From: Minisyncoccota bacterium
Lineage (GTDB): Bacteria; Patescibacteriota; Minisyncoccia; 2-02-FULL-40-12; GWA2-44-9
Length of the DNA: 37,932 nt
Reading direction: 5' to 3'
NCBI GenBank assembly: GCA_018062285.1
Contig: JAGOSO010000007.1
Span: 1-37,932 of the forward strand
This document shows, piece by piece, positions 9,076-18,563 of the stretch. Both the position numbers and the translations under genes were made by a program. The number at the start of each line of letters is the position of its first letter. Position 1 is the first letter of the stretch. The notes beneath the pieces were generated by a model. That model was not told where the DNA came from and made no database searches. It was given only the letters and a program-made list of their open reading frames with translations.

Positions 9076-10464
9076 ATGAGAAAAAATTTATTTTTAATTG
9101 CAACCATCCTCGGGTCACTTCTCTTGCTAGCTTTTGTCGCCCCTCAAGAATTAAATCTTGTCGCCAAGAAACTCCACATTCCAAAAGTAAATATTTCTGC
9201 CCGCCCATTCCATTTGGGTCTTGATCTCTTGGGCGGTACACACTTAGTCTACCAGGCCGATGTTTCAAAGGTTACAACTTCGGCAAAGGATGCCATGCAA
9301 GGTGTTCGAGATGTCGTAGAGCGCCGCGTTAATTTGTTCGGCGTCTCTGAGCCTGTTGTTCAGATTTCTGGGGGCAATCGCTTGATTGTGGATTTGGCTG
9401 GTATCAGTGATGTTAACCAGGCAATTCAATTAATCGGGAAAACTCCTTTCTTAGAGTTCAAAACCCTTCTTCCGAATGCTCAGGGCGATGCAATTATAAA
9501 ACAAGCTCTCGGTGATAAGGCTCAGGGTTTAACTGCCGCGAATCTTTGTGCCCCAGCGAACATTGAAGCATTGGATCAATTCTTGATAACGTTCAGAGCA
9601 GACCCTTGCTATCAACCATCTGGCTTGAATGGTTCTGGTTTAAAAACGGCCCAAGTTTCTTTTAATAATCAATCCTTGACCCCGCAGGTTAGTTTGCAAC
9701 TTAACGATGAGGGCAAAAAACTATTTGGCCAAATTACCCAAACCAATCTCGGTAAGACAGTGGCAATCTATTTGGATGGTTTACCAATTTCAACTCCAAC
9801 TGTTCAGAGCGCTATCACTGATGGCAACGCTGTAATCAGTGGTAACTTCACTCCAGCAGATGCTAAAACTTTAGTTGAGCGTTTGAACTCTGGTGCCTTG
9901 CCTGTTCCAATTCAATTGGTTAGTCAGCAAACAATCGGAGCCAGTCTTGGTCAAGATTCCTTGACTCGTAGCTTGAGAGCCGGTGTCTTTGGTCTTATTT
10001 TCGTGGCAATCTTCATGATCTTGTTTTATCGTTTGCCAGGTGTCATATCCGTCATTGCTCTCCTGGTTTATATCTTGATAGTTCTATCCATATACAAAGT
10101 TATTCCAGTCACTTTGACTTTGGCTGGTATTGCTGGTTTTATTCTTTCTTTGGGTATGGCTGTGGATGCCAACATTCTTATCTTTGCTCGCATGAAAGAA
10201 GAATTGGCCGCTGGTAAATCTCTGCACACCGCAATGCACGAAGGTTTTTCTAGGGCTTGGTTGTCTGTTCGAGACAGTCATGTGACCACCTTGATTGGTG
10301 CCGTAGTCTTGTATGCTACTACTAGCTCGATTGTTAAGGGTTTCGCTTTGACTCTTGGCGTGGGCGTTTTGACAAGTTTGCTTACGGCTACAGTTGTTAC
10401 TCGCACATTCTTGAATTTGGTGGCTACTCCGTGGTTTGAGAAAAAACAATGGTTATTTAGATAA
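9076..10464 (+). CDS. secD: Protein-export membrane protein SecD
   Basis: 'GLDLLGGTHLVYQAD' and the C-terminal polytopic TM bundle. The track ORF starts at 9049. ATG 9076 has a better RBS (AAGGAA). Confidence 0.85.
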   Translation: MRKNLFLIATILGSLLLLAFVAPQELNLVAKKLHIPKVNISARPFHLGLDLLGGTHLVYQADVSKVTTSAKDAMQGVRDVVERRVNLFGVSEPVVQISGGNRLIVDLAGISDVNQAIQLIGKTPFLEFKTLLPNAQGDAIIKQALGDKAQGLTAANLCAPANIEALDQFLITFRADPCYQPSGLNGSGLKTAQVSFNNQSLTPQVSLQLNDEGKKLFGQITQTNLGKTVAIYLDGLPISTPTVQSAITDGNAVISGNFTPADAKTLVERLNSGALPVPIQLVSQQTIGASLGQDSLTRSLRAGVFGLIFVAIFMILFYRLPGVISVIALLVYILIVLSIYKVIPVTLTLAGIAGFILSLGMAVDANILIFARMKEELAAGKSLHTAMHEGFSRAWLSVRDSHVTTLIGAVVLYATTSSIVKGFALTLGVGVLTSLLTATVVTRTFLNLVATPWFEKKQWLFR

Positions 10465-10471
10465 TATCACT

Positions 10472-11350
10472 ATGCTTCCAAAGATATACAAATTAATGTT
10501 CTGGTTCTCGATTTCACTCTTTGTGTTATCGGTTGTTTCTGTTGGTATGTTTGGTTTAAAGTTGGGCGTCGATTTTAAGGGTGGTAGTGTGTTGGAATTA
10601 AATTTCAACAATCGCCCAGATGTTGCCAAGATCCAGAGTGTTCTAGTTTCTAAGATTGGGGATGTTGAGTTAAATACTGAAGGAACTTCTGGCCTTATTG
10701 TCCGCAGTCATGAATTAACCGAGATTCAGCACCAAGAAGTTCTTGCATCTTTAAATTCGTCTTTTCCTACTGCTGGCCTCCAAGAGAAGCAGTTTAGTTC
10801 TGTCGGGCCGATTATTGGCAACGAATTAAAACAGAGAAGCTTATTCGCTATTGCGCTGGTTTTGATTTGCGTAATTGTCTACATTGCTTTTGTCTTTAGG
10901 AAACTTGGACGCACGACATCGCCATGGTCCATGGGTCTTGCTGCTGTTATTGCCCTTATTCATGATGTCGCAATCCCCGTCGGTGTTTTTGCTGCGCTGG
11001 GCCATTTTTACGGAATTGAAATTACTGGCGTGTTCGTTGCTGCTGCTTTGACGATCTTGGGATTTTCCGTATCTGATACAGTTGTCATTTTTGATCGTGT
11101 GCGTGAGAACGTAATCCGCGGGGGAGGTAAAACTAATTTTGGTGAGCTTGTTCATCGTAGTGTCATGCAAACTCTCACCCGTTCGTTGAATACAGTTTTT
11201 ACTGTACTCCTTTCATTGTTTGCTATTTATTTTTTCGGCGGAGCTAGTATAAAATATTTCTCACTCGCATTGATTATTGGTATTTTCTTGGGGGCATATT
11301 CATCTATTTTCGTGGCCTCGCCTCTGCTGGTTTGGTGGACCAAGAAGTAG
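10472..11350 (+). CDS. secF: Protein-export membrane protein SecF
   Basis: The track ORF starts at TTG 10436, overlapping secD. The first ATG after the secD stop is 10472. Shows the 'GVDFKGG' motif and the SecF TM pattern. Confidence 0.85.
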   Translation: MLPKIYKLMFWFSISLFVLSVVSVGMFGLKLGVDFKGGSVLELNFNNRPDVAKIQSVLVSKIGDVELNTEGTSGLIVRSHELTEIQHQEVLASLNSSFPTAGLQEKQFSSVGPIIGNELKQRSLFAIALVLICVIVYIAFVFRKLGRTTSPWSMGLAAVIALIHDVAIPVGVFAALGHFYGIEITGVFVAAALTILGFSVSDTVVIFDRVRENVIRGGGKTNFGELVHRSVMQTLTRSLNTVFTVLLSLFAIYFFGGASIKYFSLALIIGIFLGAYSSIFVASPLLVWWTKK

Positions 11351-11368
11351 GGGCTGTGGATAGGGGTG

Positions 11369-11397
11369 TTGACGTATTTTTATAAATAGTATATAAT
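11369..11397 (+). promoter_or_regulatory. Host consensus promoter TTGACG-N17-TATAAT
   Basis: ttgacgtatttttataaatagtatataat, upstream of 11446. Confidence 0.5.
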
Positions 11398-11445
11398 TCA
11401 CTAATCGTATCCTAAGGCGCTAAAAGCCTGGGGTTCTAACCACTT

Positions 11446-12510
11446 ATGGCAACCAACACATCAGTAAATATCAAGAAAACAGTCGCTGATTTGCTTAAAA
11501 ACACCTCAGCTCGCAACAAGGACATTATATCCCGACGTTTTGGTTTGAAGACTGGCCAAAAAGAGACTCTTGAGTCTATTGGCGCTTCATATAGTATTAC
11601 CCGAGAACGTGTCCGTCAGATTGAGGAATCAACTCTTTCTCAGCTCCGTCAGGCCGCTGCCGATAATACTGACGTTAAGCGTTATATTGTTTTAGCTCGC
11701 GATATTTTAAATGAACGTGGTGGTGTCATAAAAGAAACCGAACTTTTCAAATCCTTCAGTGGTTCCGAAAGTGATAACACCAATAACAGCTCCTTGGTCT
11801 TCCTTTTAACCTTAAGCAATGAATTGGCTCGTTATCCGGAAAATGATGATTTCAATTCTTTCTGGTCTGTTAATACCGCAACTCTCGCATCTTTCAGTAA
11901 TTCCGCTAATTCTTTAGTTAAAGTTTTGGAAAAAGCTGGCCGAGTTGTTTCAAATTCTGACTTTGCTTTCTTGGCCCAGAAACATAACGTTCCAAGTTTT
12001 TCAACAAGTGGCAAACCACTCTCAGAAGCTGATATAAATTTGGTTATGTCTATTTCCAAGAATCTTGGCTCAAATATTTTCAATGAAGTTGGTTTAGCCT
12101 CTTGGTCCGAAATCAAACCTAAAGGTGTTCGTGATAAAGCTTTCTTGGTCCTCAAAAAATCAACCAAGCCTCAGCATTTCAGTGATATCGCTTCATTGAT
12201 TAATGCTTCTGGTTTCAATAATAAAAAAGCCAACGTCCAGACTGTCCATAACGAACTTATTAAGGATGATCGTTTTATCCTTGTAGGTCGTGGTATGTAC
12301 GCTTTGTCTGAATGGGGATATCGGGCTGGCACTGTTAAAGATGTTCTTGTGGATATCCTAAAGTCGTCCGGCAAACCTCTTACCAAGACTGCCCTTATGG
12401 CTAAGGTCAAAGATGCTCGTATGGTCAAAGAGAATACAATCTTATTAAACCTTCAAGACTCCAAGACTTTCAGCAAGAACGTGGACGGTACATACAATCT
12501 CAAGAAATAA
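11446..12510 (+). CDS. Sigma-70 region-4-like HTH domain protein (N-terminal 'TLESIGASYSITRERVRQIEESTL') with a C-terminal extension
   Basis: Region-4 HTH signature near the N-terminus. The rest is unassigned. Confidence 0.5.
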   Translation: MATNTSVNIKKTVADLLKNTSARNKDIISRRFGLKTGQKETLESIGASYSITRERVRQIEESTLSQLRQAAADNTDVKRYIVLARDILNERGGVIKETELFKSFSGSESDNTNNSSLVFLLTLSNELARYPENDDFNSFWSVNTATLASFSNSANSLVKVLEKAGRVVSNSDFAFLAQKHNVPSFSTSGKPLSEADINLVMSISKNLGSNIFNEVGLASWSEIKPKGVRDKAFLVLKKSTKPQHFSDIASLINASGFNNKKANVQTVHNELIKDDRFILVGRGMYALSEWGYRAGTVKDVLVDILKSSGKPLTKTALMAKVKDARMVKENTILLNLQDSKTFSKNVDGTYNLKK

Positions 12511-12576
12511 CTCCTGCGACAAAAGAGGCTGACAAGGCCTCTTTTGAGTAATGGGAAGAAGTAGTATAATAATAGA

Positions 12577-13857
12577 GTGATAGATTTATTTTTCCTAGCT
12601 ATTAGCGGTATGACAAGTGCGGTTATTTTGGCACTCCAGTTAGTGTTTTACGTTTGGTGGATTTGGGCCCCATTAATTCTGGGGTTTGTTTATTTGGACA
12701 GTGTCAAAAAGTTTAATCAGAAGGTGTATAAGGCGGGTTTAAAATGGACCGTTCTTGAGTTAAAGATTCCGACCGATGTTCACAAGAGCCCAAAAGCGAT
12801 GGAGCAGGTTTTTTCTGCCCTCCATTCTATTTCTGGTTTCGGGGATCCAGCAGAAGGCAGGAAAGATGTATTTAAGGCATGGAAGGAGTCTGTTTTTCAG
12901 GGAAAGGTTCCTGACTGGTTTTCTTTTGAGATTCTCGCTTCTGGTGGAGAAATTCATTACTATATCCGGTGCTTAGAAAAACAACGTTCAATTATTGAGT
13001 CTCAAATATTTGCTCATTTTTCTGAGTCGGAAATTACTCCTGTCCAAGATTATATGACTCAATTACCATCTCATTTGCCCAATGAGCAGTATGACGTTGC
13101 TGGAGCAGATCTCAGTTTAACTAAAGACGATATTTTCCCAATTCGAACTTACCCTGAATTTGAAGAAGATAAAGCAGGGAAGGACGATGTTCGCCGAATT
13201 GATCCGTTGGCCTCCTTGGCCGAAGCGATGGGCGCATTTTTGCTGGGCGAATTTGGCGCGATTGAGTATCTCATTAGCCCAGCGAGTGAAAAATCAACTA
13301 AAGCTTGGATTAAAAAGAGTCAGTCAGCAGTCGATAAATTAATGGGTAAAGAAGAAAAGAAAGGTCCTTCAGCTTCTGACAAGGTTTTTGCCAGTATTGA
13401 AGGCGGAGTTAAATCTGTTACCGGTTTAGTTTTTGAACAAGTTGAAGCCAAAAAAGAAGAAAAGAAAGAGGAGAAAAAGGATTTGGCGCCTGGTGTTGGA
13501 GAAGTCATCCGAGCCATGGAAAAATCTATCGCTAAGTTCCAGTTTCGAGTTGGAATTAAAATATTGTACGCTGCCAAAAAAGAAAAGTTTGTGAAAGAAA
13601 GACTTTCAACTCTTGCCGCCGCTTTCAGGATTTTTTCCGGCCAATCTCTCAATGGATTCAAAGTTGGAGTAACTAAAGATCCAAAAAAGTTTTTTGCACA
13701 ATTTAAGGCACGTGAATTTCCACATAGCCCATTCAGTTTAAATACCGAAGAACTAGCCACCATCTATCACTTCCCAGATGTTGGTGTAAAGACTCCAGCT
13801 TTGCCAAGAATTGAGGCCAAGAAAGGAGAAGCCCCTGCAGGTATTCCAACCGTCTAA
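12577..13857 (+). CDS. Membrane-anchored protein with KE-rich low-complexity segment, unknown function
   Basis: N-terminal TM helix(es). 'KKEEKKEEKKD'. The track start is GTG 12577, right at the -10. ATG 12610 is possible. Confidence 0.4.
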   Translation: MIDLFFLAISGMTSAVILALQLVFYVWWIWAPLILGFVYLDSVKKFNQKVYKAGLKWTVLELKIPTDVHKSPKAMEQVFSALHSISGFGDPAEGRKDVFKAWKESVFQGKVPDWFSFEILASGGEIHYYIRCLEKQRSIIESQIFAHFSESEITPVQDYMTQLPSHLPNEQYDVAGADLSLTKDDIFPIRTYPEFEEDKAGKDDVRRIDPLASLAEAMGAFLLGEFGAIEYLISPASEKSTKAWIKKSQSAVDKLMGKEEKKGPSASDKVFASIEGGVKSVTGLVFEQVEAKKEEKKEEKKDLAPGVGEVIRAMEKSIAKFQFRVGIKILYAAKKEKFVKERLSTLAAAFRIFSGQSLNGFKVGVTKDPKKFFAQFKAREFPHSPFSLNTEELATIYHFPDVGVKTPALPRIEAKKGEAPAGIPTV

Positions 13858-13866
13858 AATATATAC

Positions 13867-15516
13867 ATGGCATTACCAATCGACAAACAAATATTAATTC
13901 TTGGCGAAACTAACTTCCGTAACGAGAAGCAACGGTTTGGTATTAAATCAGATGACCGCCGCCGTCATATGTATGTTGTCGGTTCGACCGGTATGGGTAA
14001 GTCCGAATTTTTGAAGAACATGGCTATCCAAGACATAGAAGAAGGGCGCGGGCTAGCCTTCCTGGATCCTCACGGTGATGGTGCTCAGGCTTTGATTAAC
14101 TTTGTGCCTAAACACCGCATCAAAGATGTCATTTATTTTGATCCTGCCGATCTGGCTTTTCCAATCGCTTTTAATGTTTTGGAAAAAGTAGAATATGAAT
14201 ATCGGCATTTGATTGCTTCTGGTTTGCTGGGTGTATTCAAAAAACTATGGGGCGCGGAAGCTTGGTCCGGAAGAATGGAATATATTTTAAATAATACGAT
14301 CTTGGCTTTGTTGGAGTACCCAGATTCAACCCTATTAGGCATTAACCGCTTGATGTCCTCCAAAGAATATCGCAAAAAAATTGTCGATAATCTTAAAGAT
14401 CCAATCGTTAAGGCTTTTTGGACCGAAGAATTTGCTAAATATTCAGACAAATTTGCCAGTGAAGCAACCGCTGCTATTCAAAACAAAGTTGGTCAGTTTT
14501 CATCTAACAATGTTATTCGTAACATTATTGGTCAGGTTGGGAGTAAACTTGATATACGTAAAATAATGGACGAGGGCAAGATTCTTATCGTTAACTTGTC
14601 CAAAGGTGCTATTGGCGAAGACGCTTCTCGTCTAATCGGTGCTCTTTTAATTACCAAGATTCAGTTAGCGGCCATGTCTCGTGTCGACACACCAGAAGTC
14701 GATCGTCGTGACTTTTATCTATATGTCGACGAGTTCCAGAACTTTGCCACTGAGTCTTTCGCTAATATTTTATCTGAAGCTCGTAAGTACCATTTGAATC
14801 TTGTTGTTGCTCACCAATACATTACTCAGATGGAAGAAGAAGTTCGTGATGCCGTCTTCGGTAACGTTGGCACTCTTGTAACTTTCCGTGTTGGTGCTGA
14901 AGACGCTGAGTTTTTAGAGAAATGGTATTCTCCGGATTTCATGGCCCCAGATATCGTTAACTTGGGTAAACGCGAGATGTATATTAAGTTGATGGTCAAC
15001 GGGATTACCTCCAAAGGCTTTTCAGCTCGCACCAGTGATTCATTAAAAGCTATGGAAGAATCTCATCAAGAAGAAGTTGTTGCTTATTCTAGAGAAAATT
15101 ATGCCACTACTCGCGATGAAGTTGAAAAGAATGTTGCTCAATGGGCCACTCCAATGGAGCCTGTTAATGCTCCCCGAATGGAAGGCGGATATCGAACTTC
15201 AAATCAGGGTCCAGCCCGCCAACCTTACCAAGGTTCTAGGCCAAGAGACAACAACGGCCCTTCTCGACCAAGACCACAATCATTCCAGACGCCTCGTCCT
15301 CCAGCTCCGAATTATGTTCCACAACCTGCCCCAACTAAACCTGTTGTTTCGTTGGATACTCTAAAGGCAGGCGATGCTATTGTGTCTGCTGTCGATTTCC
15401 GTAATCAGAAAAATAAAGTCAGTTTAGGGGATCAAAACGATTCTCGTGAACCTAAGAAGCAAATTGATACCGTCGAACTCAAGAAGATTTTAGAAGAGGC
15501 GCTCCGGTCTAACTAG
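13867..15516 (+). CDS. P-loop ATPase of the TraD/VirD4/HerA-FtsK-like (T4SS coupling-protein-like) family with Pro/Gln-rich C-terminal tail
   Basis: Walker A 'VVGSTGMGKSEFL' and Walker-B-like 'YLYVDEFQNF'. C-terminal disordered PRP-rich region. Confidence 0.5.
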   Translation: MALPIDKQILILGETNFRNEKQRFGIKSDDRRRHMYVVGSTGMGKSEFLKNMAIQDIEEGRGLAFLDPHGDGAQALINFVPKHRIKDVIYFDPADLAFPIAFNVLEKVEYEYRHLIASGLLGVFKKLWGAEAWSGRMEYILNNTILALLEYPDSTLLGINRLMSSKEYRKKIVDNLKDPIVKAFWTEEFAKYSDKFASEATAAIQNKVGQFSSNNVIRNIIGQVGSKLDIRKIMDEGKILIVNLSKGAIGEDASRLIGALLITKIQLAAMSRVDTPEVDRRDFYLYVDEFQNFATESFANILSEARKYHLNLVVAHQYITQMEEEVRDAVFGNVGTLVTFRVGAEDAEFLEKWYSPDFMAPDIVNLGKREMYIKLMVNGITSKGFSARTSDSLKAMEESHQEEVVAYSRENYATTRDEVEKNVAQWATPMEPVNAPRMEGGYRTSNQGPARQPYQGSRPRDNNGPSRPRPQSFQTPRPPAPNYVPQPAPTKPVVSLDTLKAGDAIVSAVDFRNQKNKVSLGDQNDSREPKKQIDTVELKKILEEALRSN

Positions 15517-15720
15517 TTTCTCTCGCTGTTCTCTCCGCCTGTCTCGCAACCTCGAATTCGTCACTGATGCCGAACAAAAAGGCTACCTTGCCGAACTGCT
15601 GTTCGGTTTCCTTTTTGTTACCGGCATAGTTTTCTCATTCTTCGGGCGATAAGACGGCGTCGAGAAGTGCTCAGAAACTAATTAGACCTTCGCTTTTATT
15701 GTTTGTGTTATTAGACAATT
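15517..15720. repeat. Left copy of an approximately 200-bp imperfect inverted repeat (partner 26700-26900); contains a bidirectional terminator hairpin ccgaac-tgct-gttcgg with flanking A/T runs
   Basis: The reverse complement of 26700-26900 aligns. The core 'ccggtaacaaaaaggaaaccgaacagcagttcggcaaggt' matches about 58/59. 'gagacaggc.gagagaacagcgagagaaa' matches 32/33. Flanks differ mostly by transitions. Confidence 0.75.
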
Positions 15721-15730
15721 TGGTCTTCGT

Positions 15731-15958
15731 GTGTTTAAATGTTTGAACATTGGAGGGTTTGTGTCCGAAGAAAAATGTGACGGTATTTGTGACTTGTTGA
15801 GGAAGTTGGGAGAGCAGAGGGGTTGGGATGTGGATACAGCCCATGAGAAAGCTCTGTATACGAAACATGTGCTTGCCCTGCCTTCACTGCGTGACGGTGT
15901 CGAGTATCTGCTGGAGGGCAAGCCTGTCCCGCCGCCGCCCAGCCCCGAAGAGGTCTGA
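15731..15958 (+). CDS. G+C-rich small ORF (75 aa from GTG), unknown; ends 7 nt before terminator 15965-16007
   Basis: No in-frame ATG and a weak RBS. Supported mainly by the downstream terminator and by composition. Overlapping ORFs in other frames exist. Confidence 0.3.
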   Translation: MFKCLNIGGFVSEEKCDGICDLLRKLGEQRGWDVDTAHEKALYTKHVLALPSLRDGVEYLLEGKPVPPPPSPEEV

Positions 15959-15964
15959 ACTTCC

Positions 15965-16007
15965 TGCCCGTGAGCGCACTATCGGTGCCCTCACGGGCAC
16001 TTTTTAT
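15965..16007 (+). terminator. Intrinsic terminator tgcccgtgag-...-ctcacgggca + TTTTT
   Basis: 10-bp stem and T-run. Confidence 0.65.
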
Positions 16008-16029
16008 TACAAAATTAAGACACAAATTG

Positions 16030-16057
16030 CCCCATTTTGTCATCCTTGACAAAATGG
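16030..16057. promoter_or_regulatory. Perfect 12-bp inverted repeat cccattttgtca-tcct-tgacaaaatggg overlapping the -35 of the flotillin promoter; candidate operator
   Basis: Exact palindrome read from the sequence. It overlaps TTGACA at 16046-16051. -10 spacing is ambiguous (TAATAT/TACTCT). Confidence 0.45.
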
Positions 16058-16159
16058 GTATTAATATGCTACTCTATTCACGATTTAGAAATGGATCGCA
16101 CCTGAACAACCTAGGCACCTATGCCACGGGCATTGGCCCAAAAATAGGAGAGAAGACAG

Positions 16160-18457
16160 ATGGAACAAGTGTTGAGTGTGTTGAAGTTGGTCTTGGGCTA
16201 CTGGTGGGTGATTCTCATCATCGCCATGGCTATCGGCTGGAAAGTCAGCATGTATGCATTCGGCATGTTCATCGTGCCGGATGACTCGATCGCTACGTTG
16301 GTCAAGAAGTTCGTACTCCTCGGCGCCAATCGGCAGTTGCCTCCGGGCAAAGTCGTGGCCACCAACGGCGAAGCGGGTATCCAAGCAATCACGCTTGGCC
16401 CCGGTTTCCATTGGGGCTACTGGCCGTGGCAGTACAAGGTCAACATGACCAAGTTCGTGACTGTCGAGCCGGGATTCATCGGTGTCATCGAGTCAATCGA
16501 TGGTGTGCCGTTGCCGGCTGGTCGTGTAATCGGCGTGCCGGTCGAGTGCGACAACTTCCAGGACGCGGTTGCGTTCTTGAAGAACGGCGGTCAGCGTGGA
16601 ACGCAGATGGCCTCCATCCCTCCGGGGAAATGGCGCATCAACAACCTGGTCTTCAAGGTCAGGTCGATTCCCATGACTACCATCGAGCCGGGCCAAATCG
16701 GCATCGTCGAAGCCATCGACGGTGAACCGTTGCCGGCTGGTCGCATCTTGGCTACTCCGGTTGAGTGCGATTCGTTCCAGGACCCGAAGGCCTTCATGGA
16801 CCGCAAGGGCCAGCGTGGTAACCAGATGGCCGTCGTCCCTCCGGGGCAGTGGCGCATCAACACGCAGATGTTCAAGGTCAATCCGTACGCGATGACCATC
16901 ATCGAGTCCAACCAGATCGGCACCGTCGAAGCTCTCGATGGTGACGCGCTGAGCGAGGGTCGCATCATCGGCCGTCAGGTTGAGTGCGATTCGTTCCAGG
17001 ACCCCAAGGCGTTCATGGATGCTGACGGCCAGCGTGGTCCTCAGATGTCCATCATCCCTCCGGGCAAGTACCGGATCAACCCCAAGATCTTCTCTGTCAC
17101 GTCGGTGGACATCATCGACATCCCGCAGGGGAAAGTCGGTATCGTGACGACGAAGGAAGGTACGCCACTCAAGACCGGTGAAATCGCCGGCCCCGAAGTC
17201 GGCGGACATAACTCGTTCCAGGACCCCAAGGCCTTCATCGAAAACGGGGGCAACAAGGGTCTGCAGGAGCAGGTGCTTCTCGCGGGCCGCTACTTCATCA
17301 ATCCTTACTTCGCCAGCGTGGAAGTGAAGGACATGACCGAAGTTCCGATTGCCAACGTCGGCGTCGTCGTTGCCTTCGTCGGCAAAGAAGGCCAGGACGT
17401 TACGGGAGAAGGTTTCCGTCACGGCAATATGGTGCACAAGGGCGAGCGGGGTGTTTGGATCGATGTTCTCGATCCGGGCATGTACCCGATCAACCCCTTC
17501 ACACACAGTGTCAAGTTGGTCCCGACAGCCAACGTCGTTCTGAACTGGGCGACCGGCAAGAACGAATCACACAAGTTGGACGAGAAGCTCTCGACCATCA
17601 CGGTGCGTTCGTCGGACGGATTCACGTTCAACCTGGACGTGAGCCAGATCATCCACATTCCGCGCACTGACGCTCCCAAGGTCATCGCGCGGTTCGGCAG
17701 CATGCAGGCTCTCGTCACGCAGGTTCTGGAACCGACAATCGGGAACTACTTCCGAAACGCGGCTCAGAACTCTGACGCAATCTCGTTCCTCAAAGAACGA
17801 ACTCAGCGTCAGACTGAAGCGAAGACGGCCATCTCGAAGGCTCTTGCCGAGTACAACGTCGGCGCAATCGAGACACTGATCGGCGATATCAATCCGCCGG
17901 AAGCGTTGATGAAGACGCTCACGGATCGGAAGATCGCTGACCAGGAGAAGGTTACCTATCAGACGCAGATGGAAGCTGAGGGTGTTCGTCAGTCGTTGAA
18001 CCAGGCGAGAGCTCTTGCCGATACGCAGAAGGAAGTTGTCGCTGCGGAACGGAAAGTGTCCATTGCCGATTTCGACAAGCAGACCGCCATCAAGAAGGCG
18101 GAAGGCGAAGGCGAAGCTGCGAAGATCAACGCCAGGGCAAATGCCGAGGCGGCTGTTGCGACCGGCGAGGCTCAGGCCAAGGTCACTACGCTCAACGGCG
18201 CGGCCGAAGCAGGAAAGACTCTTGCTGTCGGTAACGCCGAGGCCGAGGTTATCGAAAAGAAGACCAAGGCCATGGATCGTAGCCAGTACGCTGCGGTCGA
18301 AATCGCTCGGGCCTTGGCTGGCTCAGGCAAGCCTTTGGTGCCCGAGATCATGGTCGCTGGTGGTGCCGCCGAAGGCGGTCGAGGAAGTTCTCTCATGGAC
18401 GTCCTCATTGCCCAGATGGTTGCGACGAAGGTCGCTGCCTCAACCGAGAAGAAGTAA
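16160..18457 (+). CDS. G+C-rich flotillin/SPFH (band-7, YqiK-like) membrane protein with four internal ~73-aa tandem repeats and Ala/Glu-rich flotillin C-terminal region
   Basis: N-terminal TM (VLGYWWVILIIAMAIGW). Four repeats contain 'VECD(S/N)FQDPKAF...GQRG.QM...PPG.WRIN' (about 16478-17380). C-terminal EA-rich coiled region 'AEGEGEAAKINARANAEAAVATGEAQAK' is typical of flotillins. Confidence 0.7.
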   Translation: MEQVLSVLKLVLGYWWVILIIAMAIGWKVSMYAFGMFIVPDDSIATLVKKFVLLGANRQLPPGKVVATNGEAGIQAITLGPGFHWGYWPWQYKVNMTKFVTVEPGFIGVIESIDGVPLPAGRVIGVPVECDNFQDAVAFLKNGGQRGTQMASIPPGKWRINNLVFKVRSIPMTTIEPGQIGIVEAIDGEPLPAGRILATPVECDSFQDPKAFMDRKGQRGNQMAVVPPGQWRINTQMFKVNPYAMTIIESNQIGTVEALDGDALSEGRIIGRQVECDSFQDPKAFMDADGQRGPQMSIIPPGKYRINPKIFSVTSVDIIDIPQGKVGIVTTKEGTPLKTGEIAGPEVGGHNSFQDPKAFIENGGNKGLQEQVLLAGRYFINPYFASVEVKDMTEVPIANVGVVVAFVGKEGQDVTGEGFRHGNMVHKGERGVWIDVLDPGMYPINPFTHSVKLVPTANVVLNWATGKNESHKLDEKLSTITVRSSDGFTFNLDVSQIIHIPRTDAPKVIARFGSMQALVTQVLEPTIGNYFRNAAQNSDAISFLKERTQRQTEAKTAISKALAEYNVGAIETLIGDINPPEALMKTLTDRKIADQEKVTYQTQMEAEGVRQSLNQARALADTQKEVVAAERKVSIADFDKQTAIKKAEGEGEAAKINARANAEAAVATGEAQAKVTTLNGAAEAGKTLAVGNAEAEVIEKKTKAMDRSQYAAVEIARALAGSGKPLVPEIMVAGGAAEGGRGSSLMDVLIAQMVATKVAASTEKK

Positions 18458-18477
18458 CATCTCTCTCGGACTACTTA

Positions 18478-18516
18478 CCCGTGGGGTGCGCATGCGCGCT
18501 CCACGGGCTTTTTATT
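18478..18516 (+). terminator. Intrinsic terminator cccgtgg-...-ccacggg + CTTTTTATTT
   Basis: Hairpin and T-run immediately after the stop. Confidence 0.65.
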
Positions 18517-18545
18517 TGACAAAATAGGGTTTAATGATTTATAAT
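18516..18545 (+). promoter_or_regulatory. Consensus promoter TTGACA-N18-TATAAT abutting the preceding terminator
   Basis: ttgacaaaatagggtttaatgatttataat. Confidence 0.5.
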
Positions 18546-18563
18546 ATAAAAGAGGTGACACAC

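Noticed and set aside
15735-16052. Overlapping ORFs 15735-16052(-), 15682-15921(-) and 15828-16049(+) around the 75-aa GC-rich ORF
   Set aside because: They run through the terminator hairpin and promoter palindrome. Only the + ORF ending before the terminator is reported, itself at low confidence.
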